A stretch of DNA of 64,000 nt. It comes from an uncultured Verrucomicrobiota bacterium. GTDB taxonomy: Bacteria > Verrucomicrobiota > Kiritimatiellia > CAIQIC01 > Lenti-01. The notes beneath the pieces were generated by a model, which was given only the letters and a program-made list of their open reading frames with translations, ran no database searches and had not been told where the DNA came from. Made by a program: the position numbers and the translations under genes. How positions within the stretch are numbered: the stretch's first letter is position 1; each line of letters begins with the position of its first letter. The DNA is taken from positions 11,432 to 75,431 of the forward strand of contig CAZECJ010000002.1 of NCBI GenBank assembly GCA_964510645.1, written 5' to 3'. This document shows positions 36,649-44,726 of this stretch, one piece after another.

Positions 36649-38540
36649 GCTTCGAAGCCATCCTGAAGTATCCGTCGGTTTTTCTGGCGGGCATGCTGGC
36701 TGCGCTCGTGCTGACGCCGGTTTGGCGGCGGCTCGCGCCGCGCTGGGGATTCATGGATCGGCCCGGCGACCGCAAAGTCCATCGGCGTCCCGTTCCCCGC
36801 GGCGGCGGTTTGGCCGTATTCATCGGATTCCACGTCGCCTGCGCGGTCGTGTTTCTGTTTCCCTGGAAGCCGTTTGCGGGACAGCTCTCCATCGATTGGT
36901 GGTTTCGATTTCTGCCGCTGAGCGCGGGGGTGGTGGCGCTGGGGCTGCTGGATGACCGGTACGACCTCAAGCCGCTGGTCAAATTGCTGGACCAAATCGC
37001 GCTGGGCGCCGCGGCCTACGCGCTGGGCTTCCGATTGCAGAATTTGTTTGGTTTTCCCTTGCTTGGCTGGGTGGATTTCGCGGCGACCGTGTTCTGGTTC
37101 GTCGCGCTGATGAATGCGTTCAACCTGATCGACGGCGTGGACGGGCTGGCCGCCGGCATCGCGCTGATCGCCGCCGCCGGCATCGGCCTGTCGCTCGTGT
37201 TCCGCGGCGCGCCGGGCGACGTGTTGCTGTTTCTGGGCTTCGCGGGCGCCTGCCTGGGTTTCTTGCGCTACAATTTCGTTCCCGCCAGCGTGTTCCTCGG
37301 CGATGCCGGCAGCCTGTTTCTGGGATTCACGCTGGCGGCGTTGTCCATTTCCACGAACTCGAAAGCCTCGTTCATGGCCGGCCTCGGCGTGCCGATGCTG
37401 GCCGTGGGGGTGCCGCTGTTCGACGTGGTTCTGGCCGTCTGGCGGCGCTCCATGCGCCGGATCTTGAATCACGCTTCGGGACAGGATGCCGGGGCGGGCA
37501 TTGAAAACGCGGATGCGGACCATCTGCACCACCGCTTGCTGCGGCGGGGATTCGGGCAGGGGCAGGTGGCCGGATTCCTGTACGCCGCGACCCTGCTGCT
37601 CGTCCTCGTCGGCCTGCTGGCCAGCGCGTTCAACGATCGGGCGCTGGGCATTCTGGTGCTGGCCTTCCTGCTGGCGGCCTACACCGTCGTCCGCCATCTG
37701 GCGGGCATCGAACTGCACGAGAGCGGCCAGGTCGTCCTGCAGGGCCTGGCGCGGCCCGTGCGGCGGAATCGGACGCTCCTGTTCTATCTCGTGGGCGACC
37801 TCCTCATCTTGAATCTCGTCCTGCTGGCGGGGCACGCGCTGCTGGATTTGCAGGACGGCGTGCTGGACGTCTCCCTGAAAGCCGCCTGGCTGGGCTCCGC
37901 GCCCATGGACCTGTTCATTCCGTTCGCGGTTCTGTTGTTGTTCCGGTCCTACTCGCGCGTCTGGTATCTGGCGCGCGTGTCGGAATACGCCTCCACGGGG
38001 CTGGCCGTGGCGCTGGGCTACGCCATCGCCTGCGGGCTGCAGTTGCTCGTCGCGCGGAGCCGGGGCGAGGTCCTGTCGCTGGCGCTGTACTATCTCCTGT
38101 TGGCGGGGCTGGCCGCGCCCGCCGTGGTCCTGACCCGCGCCGCCTTGCGCGTGGTGCAGGATCTCATGCAATGGCGGACGCGCGGGCCCGGGCCCGACGG
38201 CGTCGTTCCGGCGCGCGCCCTCGTCTGCGGCGCGGGCTACCGCACCACCCTGTTTCTCCGGCAGATTTCGTTCCGCGTCCAGGATCGCGCTCCCGTCGAG
38301 GTCGTTGGGCTCGTCAGCGAAGACGCCGCCATCACGGGCCACGCCGTCCACGGCATCCGCGTCGTCGGCACCTGCCGCGAATTGCCGGCGCTGATTGCCC
38401 GCCACCGCGTCGACGTCGTCTATCTCGTCGAAGCCGTGGCCGCCGCCGAAGTCGAGAATTATGGCCGGATGCTGCAGGGCCTGCCCGTGCGGCTGGTCCG
38501 TTGGGACATCGTCGAGACGGACGTTCCGCTCCATGGATAG
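36645..38540 (+). CDS. Polyprenyl-phosphate sugar-1-phosphate transferase (MraY/WecA family) with long C-terminal extension
   Basis: 'RWGFMDRPGDRKVHRRPVPRGGGLAVFIGF', 'LLDDRYDLKPLVKLL', 'NAFNLIDGVDGLAAG' and 'FLGDAGSLFLGF' are WecA/MraY motifs. Extra TM segments follow, then a Rossmann-like 'ALVCGAGYRTTLF...VVGLVSED...VVGTCRELPALIARHRVDVVYLVE'. Confidence 0.85.
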   Translation: MSFEAILKYPSVFLAGMLAALVLTPVWRRLAPRWGFMDRPGDRKVHRRPVPRGGGLAVFIGFHVACAVVFLFPWKPFAGQLSIDWWFRFLPLSAGVVALGLLDDRYDLKPLVKLLDQIALGAAAYALGFRLQNLFGFPLLGWVDFAATVFWFVALMNAFNLIDGVDGLAAGIALIAAAGIGLSLVFRGAPGDVLLFLGFAGACLGFLRYNFVPASVFLGDAGSLFLGFTLAALSISTNSKASFMAGLGVPMLAVGVPLFDVVLAVWRRSMRRILNHASGQDAGAGIENADADHLHHRLLRRGFGQGQVAGFLYAATLLLVLVGLLASAFNDRALGILVLAFLLAAYTVVRHLAGIELHESGQVVLQGLARPVRRNRTLLFYLVGDLLILNLVLLAGHALLDLQDGVLDVSLKAAWLGSAPMDLFIPFAVLLLFRSYSRVWYLARVSEYASTGLAVALGYAIACGLQLLVARSRGEVLSLALYYLLLAGLAAPAVVLTRAALRVVQDLMQWRTRGPGPDGVVPARALVCGAGYRTTLFLRQISFRVQDRAPVEVVGLVSEDAAITGHAVHGIRVVGTCRELPALIARHRVDVVYLVEAVAAAEVENYGRMLQGLPVRLVRWDIVETDVPLHG

Positions 38541-39645
38541 ACTGCTGGTCAATGCGCTGTCCGTCGCGAACCCGAGCGGGCTCCACGTGTTGCTTGGGCA
38601 TCTGGATCAGGTGGCGGATGCGCTGAAGGATCGCGTCCGCCTCGTGGTGCTCTGCCGCGAAGACCTGGCCGGTCTGCGCGCCGGGCTCGGGGAGCGCGCG
38701 GATTGGGAATTCGCGCCCGCGTCCACGCGCGGCTGGCTCCGGCGCGCATGCTGGGAACGCGCGCATCTCGCGCGGCTCGTCCGGAAGCATGGCGCCGGCA
38801 TTTACTTCACGCCCAGCGGCATCGCCGCGCATGGGCTGGACGTTCCCCAGATCGTCTTCTGCCAGAATCCGTGGGCGCTGGTTCCCGCGGCGCGGCGGCG
38901 GCGCGACTTTTTCAAGGCGTGGCTTCAGCGCCGGGCCTATCGCCGCGCCATGCGCGCGGCCGACGTCCTGGTGTTCAATTCCCGCTACATGCAGAACGCC
39001 TATCGCGCAAACGCGGGCTTTGCGGAAAAGCGAGGCCTCGTGGTCTATCAAGCCGTGGACGCCGCCCCGCCCGCCGCCGTCGCCGTCCCGCGCAAGCCGG
39101 AGCAAATCCTTTGCGTGTCCGTGATGGCGCCGCACAAGAACGCGGAAGCGCTCGTGCGAGCCTTCCGCGACGTGCGCGACGTCCATCCGGACGCGCGTCT
39201 CGTGCTCGCCGGCTCTTGGCCGGATCCCGCCTACGAGCGCCAAATCCGCGCCCTGGTCGGGGCGCTGGGCCTGCGCGACGCCGTCGAGTTCGCCGGCTTC
39301 GTTGCGCGCGACCGGCTGGACCGGTTGCATGCCGAGTCGCGCGTCTTCTGCCTGATGAGCCGTTGCGAATCGTTCGGCATTCCCGCCATCGAGGCGCAGC
39401 GGTTCGGCACCCCCGTCGTCAGTTCCACGGCCGGCGCCATTCCCGAGATCTGCGGGCCGGGCGGGCTTTTCCGCGATCCCGACGACGTCGCCGGCATCGC
39501 CGCCGCCCTGCGGACGCTGCTGGAAGACGACGCCGAATGGCGGCGGCTTTCCGTTTTGGCGCGGGAAAATGCCGGACGATTTACCTGGAGCGAATGTTCG
39601 CGTCCGCTCGTCGAGTTGGTGGAGAAAATGGCCCGTGGGCGCTAA
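38533..39645 (+). CDS. Glycosyltransferase family 4
   Basis: 'ILCVSVMAPHKNAEAL' and 'VFCLMSRCESFGIPAIEAQRFGTPVVSSTAGAIPEI' are present. Confidence 0.85.
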   Translation: MDRLLVNALSVANPSGLHVLLGHLDQVADALKDRVRLVVLCREDLAGLRAGLGERADWEFAPASTRGWLRRACWERAHLARLVRKHGAGIYFTPSGIAAHGLDVPQIVFCQNPWALVPAARRRRDFFKAWLQRRAYRRAMRAADVLVFNSRYMQNAYRANAGFAEKRGLVVYQAVDAAPPAAVAVPRKPEQILCVSVMAPHKNAEALVRAFRDVRDVHPDARLVLAGSWPDPAYERQIRALVGALGLRDAVEFAGFVARDRLDRLHAESRVFCLMSRCESFGIPAIEAQRFGTPVVSSTAGAIPEICGPGGLFRDPDDVAGIAAALRTLLEDDAEWRRLSVLARENAGRFTWSECSRPLVELVEKMARGR

Positions 39646-41272
39646 GCCGGAAACGGGCCGGGGCTGGGCTTGGTTGATGGTGACGCTGGCGGGGGTGTTC
39701 CCGTTCGCGTCGGACATGCTGCGCAATTTCCAGCTCTTCGCGCCGACGCAGATGGCGTGGTCCTTTGCGGCGGTACTGGCGGCGACCGGGGGGACGTATG
39801 CGTTGGCCCGGACGATTCTCCGGGGGGTCGAGGCCGCGCTGCGCCGCGCGGGCCGGCCGCCCGGGCCCCGTCTGCGGTCCGTCGTCTTCGCGCTGGCCGC
39901 GGCGCTGGTCTTCGCCGGGTTTCTCTACGATGCCAACATGACGGAGCTGCGCGTGGATTTTGGTCTGCCCCGGCTGGCGGCCGCTTCCATCGTCGTGGCG
40001 TTGTTCGCCGTCTACGGGGCCGTCGCAGAGCGGCTCGGCGCGAAACGAACGTGCCTCTTGCTGCTCGCGCTGCTGGCGTTCCGGTCGGTCCGGGCGGGGT
40101 GCGAGATCTCGGGCGCGCTCTTGCGGGGGCACGCCCTGATGTCCCCCGAGGAAATCCGCGTCTATCAAAACGTGAAACTGTCCCGCACGCCGAACGTCTA
40201 CTTCATCTGCCTGGAGTCGTATCACGACTTCGGCGACATGGAGGTGCTGTACGGGCTCGACAACTCGGCGTTCCGCGGATTCCTGGAAACCAACGGATTC
40301 GCGGTGGCGGAGGGCATCTGCGCCAACGACTGGCACACGATGTCGAGCCTGCATTCCTTTTTCCGGATGGGGCATCACTACGGGTCGGGCACGTTCGGCA
40401 ACCACGATTCCCTGCATGCGCGCGGATTCCTCTCGGGCAGCGGAACCTACTACAACCCCGTGTTGAACGTCCTGAAGCGCAACGGCTACGCCATCGTCTA
40501 TCTGCTGCCGTCCGACTACTACTATCGCCCGGGGACCGGTCTGGTGGACGTGTCGCTGCTGGATCGCTCGTGGCCGCTGGCGCCGCTCAAGGTCAGCCTG
40601 CCGCGGTTCGTCGGCCGCGAACCGATCACCTACGTCGAGGACTATGAGCGGAAGCTGGCCGACGTCCTCTCCGCCTGGCCCGGCGACCGGCCCGCGTTTT
40701 TCTTCGCAAAGCTGGGCGCGGAGCATGTTCCCAAGCACTACGATTGCCGGACGGACCGGGCCGAATTCGTCGAGCAGTATAAAAAATCGGTTGCGGACGG
40801 CAATCCCCGGATCGAGTCGCTCTGCCGCCGGATCATCGCGAAAGATCCCGGCGGGATCATCGTGTTGGCCGGCGATCACGGCGCGCAAAGCTACCAGTCG
40901 AAGGAACGCCGGTTCCAGGACGTCATGCGCGAAGACGGCATTCCGGCGGAGCGCATCGTGCGGGACCTGCACGGCGTGCTCTTGGCCATCCGCTGGGGCG
41001 AAGGGCTGTCGCCGGAACCCTATCCCTTCCGGAGCCTGGCCAACGCGATGCGGTTCGTGTTGTACCGGCTGAGCGGCGACGAGGCGCTGCGGAAAACGGC
41101 CGTCCACGATTCGTCCTACGTGCTCGAAATGGACGGCCTGCTTTACCAGACCACGGACGATGGGCGACCGCTCTCCGAATGGAAAGCCGTGCCCCGGAGT
41201 CCTCCGGAACGCGGACCGGACGATCAGGGCCGGCGGTACAGCGCGCCCCGCACCGGCCGGACAAGCCAATAG
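39635..41272 (+). CDS. Membrane-anchored alkaline-phosphatase/sulfatase-superfamily transferase (LtaS/phosphoglycerol-transferase-like)
   Basis: N-terminal TM segments are followed by 'TPNVYFICLESYHDF' (LtaS-like 'lES' metal/nucleophile region) and 'IIVLAGDHGAQ'. The start is GTG 39635 or ATG 39677. Confidence 0.55.
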   Translation: MGAKPETGRGWAWLMVTLAGVFPFASDMLRNFQLFAPTQMAWSFAAVLAATGGTYALARTILRGVEAALRRAGRPPGPRLRSVVFALAAALVFAGFLYDANMTELRVDFGLPRLAAASIVVALFAVYGAVAERLGAKRTCLLLLALLAFRSVRAGCEISGALLRGHALMSPEEIRVYQNVKLSRTPNVYFICLESYHDFGDMEVLYGLDNSAFRGFLETNGFAVAEGICANDWHTMSSLHSFFRMGHHYGSGTFGNHDSLHARGFLSGSGTYYNPVLNVLKRNGYAIVYLLPSDYYYRPGTGLVDVSLLDRSWPLAPLKVSLPRFVGREPITYVEDYERKLADVLSAWPGDRPAFFFAKLGAEHVPKHYDCRTDRAEFVEQYKKSVADGNPRIESLCRRIIAKDPGGIIVLAGDHGAQSYQSKERRFQDVMREDGIPAERIVRDLHGVLLAIRWGEGLSPEPYPFRSLANAMRFVLYRLSGDEALRKTAVHDSSYVLEMDGLLYQTTDDGRPLSEWKAVPRSPPERGPDDQGRRYSAPRTGRTSQ

Positions 41273-42282
41273 AGCCCGCGCAGCGCGGGCGGGAGCGCGA
41301 ACCACCGGAAATCGCCGTCGCCGGGCGTGAGGATCCGCCGCAGGCGATAGAAGAGGATTTCCGGCCGGGCCATGAAAGTCTCGTGGAAGCGGCGCAATTC
41401 GCCGCCATCCATCGCCCGCGCGTTTCCGCGGAGCCGAGCGACGGCTTCGGCGACGACGTCGGGCGGGGCGGCGTCGGGGCCCAGGCCGGGGCCGAAGATC
41501 GCGTCGGCGACGGCGCCGCCGGCCGCCAAGGCGTTTTCCGCGAAGGGGCATTTCTTCGCCAGCGCCCGGGCTTCCGGAACAATCCCCGGATGCCGCGCCA
41601 ACAGGCCGGCGACGTCCACGAGCCACGCGATCCGTTCCCAGCCGTGCCAAACCGCATGCAGGCAACCCAGCAGCAGATGCAGGGCCGGCGTCGGCGCGCG
41701 GATTTCGCCGCCTTCCAGTTCCAGGGTTGCGAACGAATCTTGCCAGCGCCGGTTGCCGGGTCGAGGCCACGGATATTGCGGGGGAAAGAAGCGGCGTTTG
41801 ACTTCCACCGTGAATCCCTCCGGATGGCGGAACGCCACGCCCCATCCATAGTGCCACAGATGCGCGCGCCGCCACGGATCTGCGATTTCCGGGGCATAGC
41901 CCGCTTCCTCCATTCCGGCGGCGAAAGCCGGATAATCGCGGCCGGCGCAAACGAAGTCGAGATCGTCGAAGCTCCGCAGGCCGGGTTCGGGCCAAGCCTG
42001 CGCCGCCAGCGCGGGGCCTTTCACCAGCGCCAGCGTCCGCAGGCGGGGCGCCAGCCGGGCGAAGAGGCGGACCGCTTCGTGCGCATGGCGCGCCGCATGC
42101 CGGGCCTGTCCGTAGGCCGCGGTCCGCAGCGCCGCGCCGGGATCCGGCAGGCCCGCCTGCAACAGTCCCAACAGCCGGTGCCGCCGCGCCCACGGAAACA
42201 GCCGCTCCCGCGCCTCCGGCGCCAGAACGGCGCCGGCGGCGTCCGGCAAGCCGTGCAGCGCGCGGAAGGCCTGCCGGGCCAT
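41224..42282 (-). CDS. Uncharacterised nucleotidyltransferase family protein (NTP_transf_5-like)
   Basis: 'LLGLLQAGL...VRLFARLAPRLRTLALVKGPALAAQAWPEPGLRSFDDLDFVCAGRDYPAFAAGMEEAGY...VEVKRRFFPP...LHLLLGCLHAVWHGWERIAWLVDVAGLL' is the typical layout of this family (vKG..la...Y....R...DiDlLV......a...l...Gy). ATG 42282 was chosen because ORF-track start 42378 lies in the palindrome array. The 3' end overlaps the LtaS-like gene by 49 nt. Confidence 0.7.
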   Translation of the reverse strand: MARQAFRALHGLPDAAGAVLAPEARERLFPWARRHRLLGLLQAGLPDPGAALRTAAYGQARHAARHAHEAVRLFARLAPRLRTLALVKGPALAAQAWPEPGLRSFDDLDFVCAGRDYPAFAAGMEEAGYAPEIADPWRRAHLWHYGWGVAFRHPEGFTVEVKRRFFPPQYPWPRPGNRRWQDSFATLELEGGEIRAPTPALHLLLGCLHAVWHGWERIAWLVDVAGLLARHPGIVPEARALAKKCPFAENALAAGGAVADAIFGPGLGPDAAPPDVVAEAVARLRGNARAMDGGELRRFHETFMARPEILFYRLRRILTPGDGDFRWFALPPALRGLYWLVRPVRGALYRRP

Positions 42283-42347
42283 TGGAAGGAAGTCGTCCAC
42301 GCCCGGATTCGACACTTCCCGCCTTTGCCCGTCAACCGCAAAGACGG

Positions 42348-42419
42348 TTTTTCCACGCTGTGGAAAAAAGTTTTCCACGCTATGTAAAAAATCACCAAAA
42401 AATTACGTAGCATGGAAAA
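42348..42419. repeat. Array of 2-3 copies of the TTTTCCAC-N3-GTGGAAAA palindrome
   Basis: The copies are TTTTTCCACgctGTGGAAAAA (42348..42368, perfect 9-nt arms), TTTTCCACgctATGTAAAA (42371..42389) and the degenerate AATTACGTAgcATGGAAAA (42401..42419). Centre spacings are 22 and 30 bp. The array starts 66 nt upstream of the nucleotidyltransferase start. Confidence 0.85.
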
Positions 42420-42542
42420 TCCGATCGCGCGGGAACGAGCCGCGATTCCCCGTGCGGGGCGCGGGTTTTGCTTGGCGGCGGCGGAGGAGGGGGCTACAGT
42501 GGCGCGCGGTTGAAGTCGCCAGAGCGGCGCATCCCGTCCCCG

Positions 42543-42619
42543 GCGTCCGTAGCTCAATTGGACAGAGCTTCTGACTTCGGATCAGAAGGTTACAGGTTCG
42601 AGTCCTGTCGGACGCGCCA
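42543..42619 (+). tRNA. tRNA-Arg (anticodon TCG), CCA encoded
   Basis: The acceptor stem is GCGTCCG/CGGACGC and the D arm GCTC-AATTGGAC-AGAGC. The anticodon arm is TCTGA-CTTCGGA-TCAGA with TCG at positions 34-36. The T arm is ACAGG-TTCGAGT-CCTGT, followed by discriminator G and CCA. Confidence 0.92.
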
Positions 42620-42658
42620 ACGATCGGGCGGCGGGAATCCATCGGCAAAGAGGTCCGC

Positions 42659-43807
42659 ATGAAAAAAGTCGCTGTCGTCATCCTCTCGCTCGCCGTTGCG
42701 CTCGCGGCGATTTGCGCGCTCGTTTTTCTTTTCGCGGGAAAAGAACCGCCGCGGGACAAGGGCGCGGCGCCAGCCCTCTCGCCGGAATCCGCAGCGATGG
42801 CGCCGGTTTCGCCGGCCGCGCCGCCGCCAGCCGTTCCGGCCGCCGGCTCCGCCGCGGCGCCGGCGAATCCGGCTTCCGCGGCCGTCCGCGCCATGCTGGA
42901 GGGGGCCACGCCGGACGATTGGGAGCCGGCGCTGACGGCGCTGGTGGAGACCGCCGATTCGAACGCCGTGGCGGCCTTGGCGTCGGCGATGGCGTCGGAA
43001 ACCGACGTGCACAAGCTCCAATTGATCGGCCGGGCCCTGAACGGCATCGGGACCGAGGAGGCCTTTCGGATTTTCCGGGACTTCTTGAGCAACGCGAAGA
43101 ACCTCGGCTATCGCGAGCATCTGGCCGGCACGATGCTGGCCCTCGAGAACTTCGATCTGTCCGGCCAGGTGCTGGACTGGATGATGGAGATGCAGCGGGT
43201 GATGGATTACGACGTCACGATGGCCTGCCAGGAGGCGGTTGGGCGGTTGGCGACGGAAGAAACCCTCGCGCGGATCGTCGCCGAGCACAGCCGGACCAAT
43301 TGCAGCGAGTACATGCTGGAGCTGATGCGCACCTCGCTGGCGAACAGCGAATGCCCGGAGGCGCTCGACCTGCTCCGGGGCGTGCTGGAGCATCCGGAAG
43401 GGCGTCCCTCCGCGGCCCTGCAAGCGGCCGCGGCCCAGGCCTTGGCCCGGATCGGCACGCGCCCGGCGATCGATGCATTGATCGCCGCGCTGGAGAAATC
43501 CCCCCGCTCGCCCGCCAGCGACTATTTGGCGGAGGCGGTTTTGCTGTTGAAGGATTCCTACCTGCAGGCCTATCTGCAGGAGCAGTTCGACCGGACCACG
43601 TCGCCCAACGTGAGGTACGCCCTGGGCCACGCGCTGGCCGGAACCGTGCCGCCGCGGCCGGACGGCCCGGAAGAATCGCATTCATCCGGGGGCGGGACCG
43701 AACCCGCCGCCGGAGAAAGTTCCGCCGCGGATGAAGGGGCATCCCCTTGGATTCCGTCCGGAGCGGTTCTGCCGGCGGGGGGAGCCGCGCCGGCCGGAGT
43801 GGATTGA
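42659..43807 (+). CDS. Membrane-anchored HEAT-repeat protein
   Basis: An N-terminal TM segment 'VAVVILSLAVALAAICALVFLF' and an Ala/Pro-rich linker are present. Repeated 'A..AL..IGT..A...L...L' units (e.g. 'AAAQALARIGTRPAIDALIAALEKS') follow. Confidence 0.5.
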   Translation: MKKVAVVILSLAVALAAICALVFLFAGKEPPRDKGAAPALSPESAAMAPVSPAAPPPAVPAAGSAAAPANPASAAVRAMLEGATPDDWEPALTALVETADSNAVAALASAMASETDVHKLQLIGRALNGIGTEEAFRIFRDFLSNAKNLGYREHLAGTMLALENFDLSGQVLDWMMEMQRVMDYDVTMACQEAVGRLATEETLARIVAEHSRTNCSEYMLELMRTSLANSECPEALDLLRGVLEHPEGRPSAALQAAAAQALARIGTRPAIDALIAALEKSPRSPASDYLAEAVLLLKDSYLQAYLQEQFDRTTSPNVRYALGHALAGTVPPRPDGPEESHSSGGGTEPAAGESSAADEGASPWIPSGAVLPAGGAAPAGVD

Positions 43808-43874
43808 GGGCAGGCCGAAGGCGGCGCCGCCTTGGCGTTGCGATCGGTTTGCGCCGCGGAATTCGGACGGGGGC

Positions 43875-44726
43875 TCAGTAATTCACGTATCCGTAATCCT
43901 GCACCCAGCGCGGGCCCCAGTTGTCGGTAGAATTGTAATATCCAAACCCGGCGTGCCGCATGGAGCTGTTCAGGATGTTGGCTTGATGTCCGGCGCTGGC
44001 CCACCAGGCGTTCATGACGGCGGCCACGGTGGTATAGCCATAGGCGATGTTTTCGCAAAATCCATAGCTGCTCCAACCTGCGCCCCGATAGCCCGCGGCC
44101 AGGATCCGCAGCGTCATCGTCATGTTGGCCGCCGTGCTGCCGTGGTGATCGGCGCCGCCATAGTAGTGCTTGGCCGCCATGTCGTAGGCGTAGTTCTGGG
44201 CGGCGGTATTAAGCTGGGAATTCTGGGTCACCGGCACCCGGCCATATTGGCTGCGGTAATAGTTGACGCGGCTCAGCATGTCCGACCGCCAGTCGTACGT
44301 GGTTTGGTGCGTGGTGGTGATCCGGAAGCAGGCCATGTAGTTCCGGTAGGCGTAGAGTTTGACGTAATAGCGGCCGGGCGTCGGATTCGAGATCTGGATC
44401 GTTTCGACGTAGCTGTTGCCGGCCGACCGCCGGGAGTAGGAGGTGAAGCTGGGCCAACCTCCGAACTTCAGATACAGATCGACGTCTCCAAAGCCGCAGT
44501 GGCCATCATTCAGGGTTTGCACCGTGAGGCTGGCGCAGTTGGCGCCAACGTCGAAGGAGTAGCCCCCCAGCCAGACGCCGTTCCCGTTCAGGAAACTCCA
44601 CCGCCCTTGGGTCGATCGCACGTAATGGCCGTTGAAGGTGCCCCACAGCGGCGCCGCCGAGGCCGTCATCATGGACAACAAGAACAAACCCGCTGCTATC
44701 CATCCCAGTCGTCGCATCGTTTTCAT
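43875..44726 (-). CDS. Secreted PPC (pre-peptidase C-terminal-like) + CAP/SCP/PR-1 domain protein
   Basis: A signal peptide 'WIAAGLFLLSMMTASAAP' is present. 'DVDLYLKFGGWPS...PGRYYVKLYAYRNY' is PPC-like. 'LSRVNYYRSQYGRVPVTQNSQLNTAAQNYAYDMA...NIAYGYTTVAAVMNAWWASAGHQANILNSSMRHAGFG' is CAP-like. The gene is visibly AT-richer than its neighbours. Confidence 0.7.
   Translation of the reverse strand: MKTMRRLGWIAAGLFLLSMMTASAAPLWGTFNGHYVRSTQGRWSFLNGNGVWLGGYSFDVGANCASLTVQTLNDGHCGFGDVDLYLKFGGWPSFTSYSRRSAGNSYVETIQISNPTPGRYYVKLYAYRNYMACFRITTTHQTTYDWRSDMLSRVNYYRSQYGRVPVTQNSQLNTAAQNYAYDMAAKHYYGGADHHGSTAANMTMTLRILAAGYRGAGWSSYGFCENIAYGYTTVAAVMNAWWASAGHQANILNSSMRHAGFGYYNSTDNWGPRWVQDYGYVNY

Noticed and set aside
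10608-41272. A PEP-CTERM/exosortase-associated EPS locus.
   Set aside because: No exosortase (Xrt/EpsH) gene is present. No protein in the window ends with a PEP-CTERM-type sorting signal.
43814-43836. The GC palindrome GCCGAAGGCGGC/GCCGCCTTGGC between convergent genes, as a bidirectional terminator.
   Set aside because: There is no loop and no flanking T/A tract on either strand, so this cannot be supported as an intrinsic terminator.
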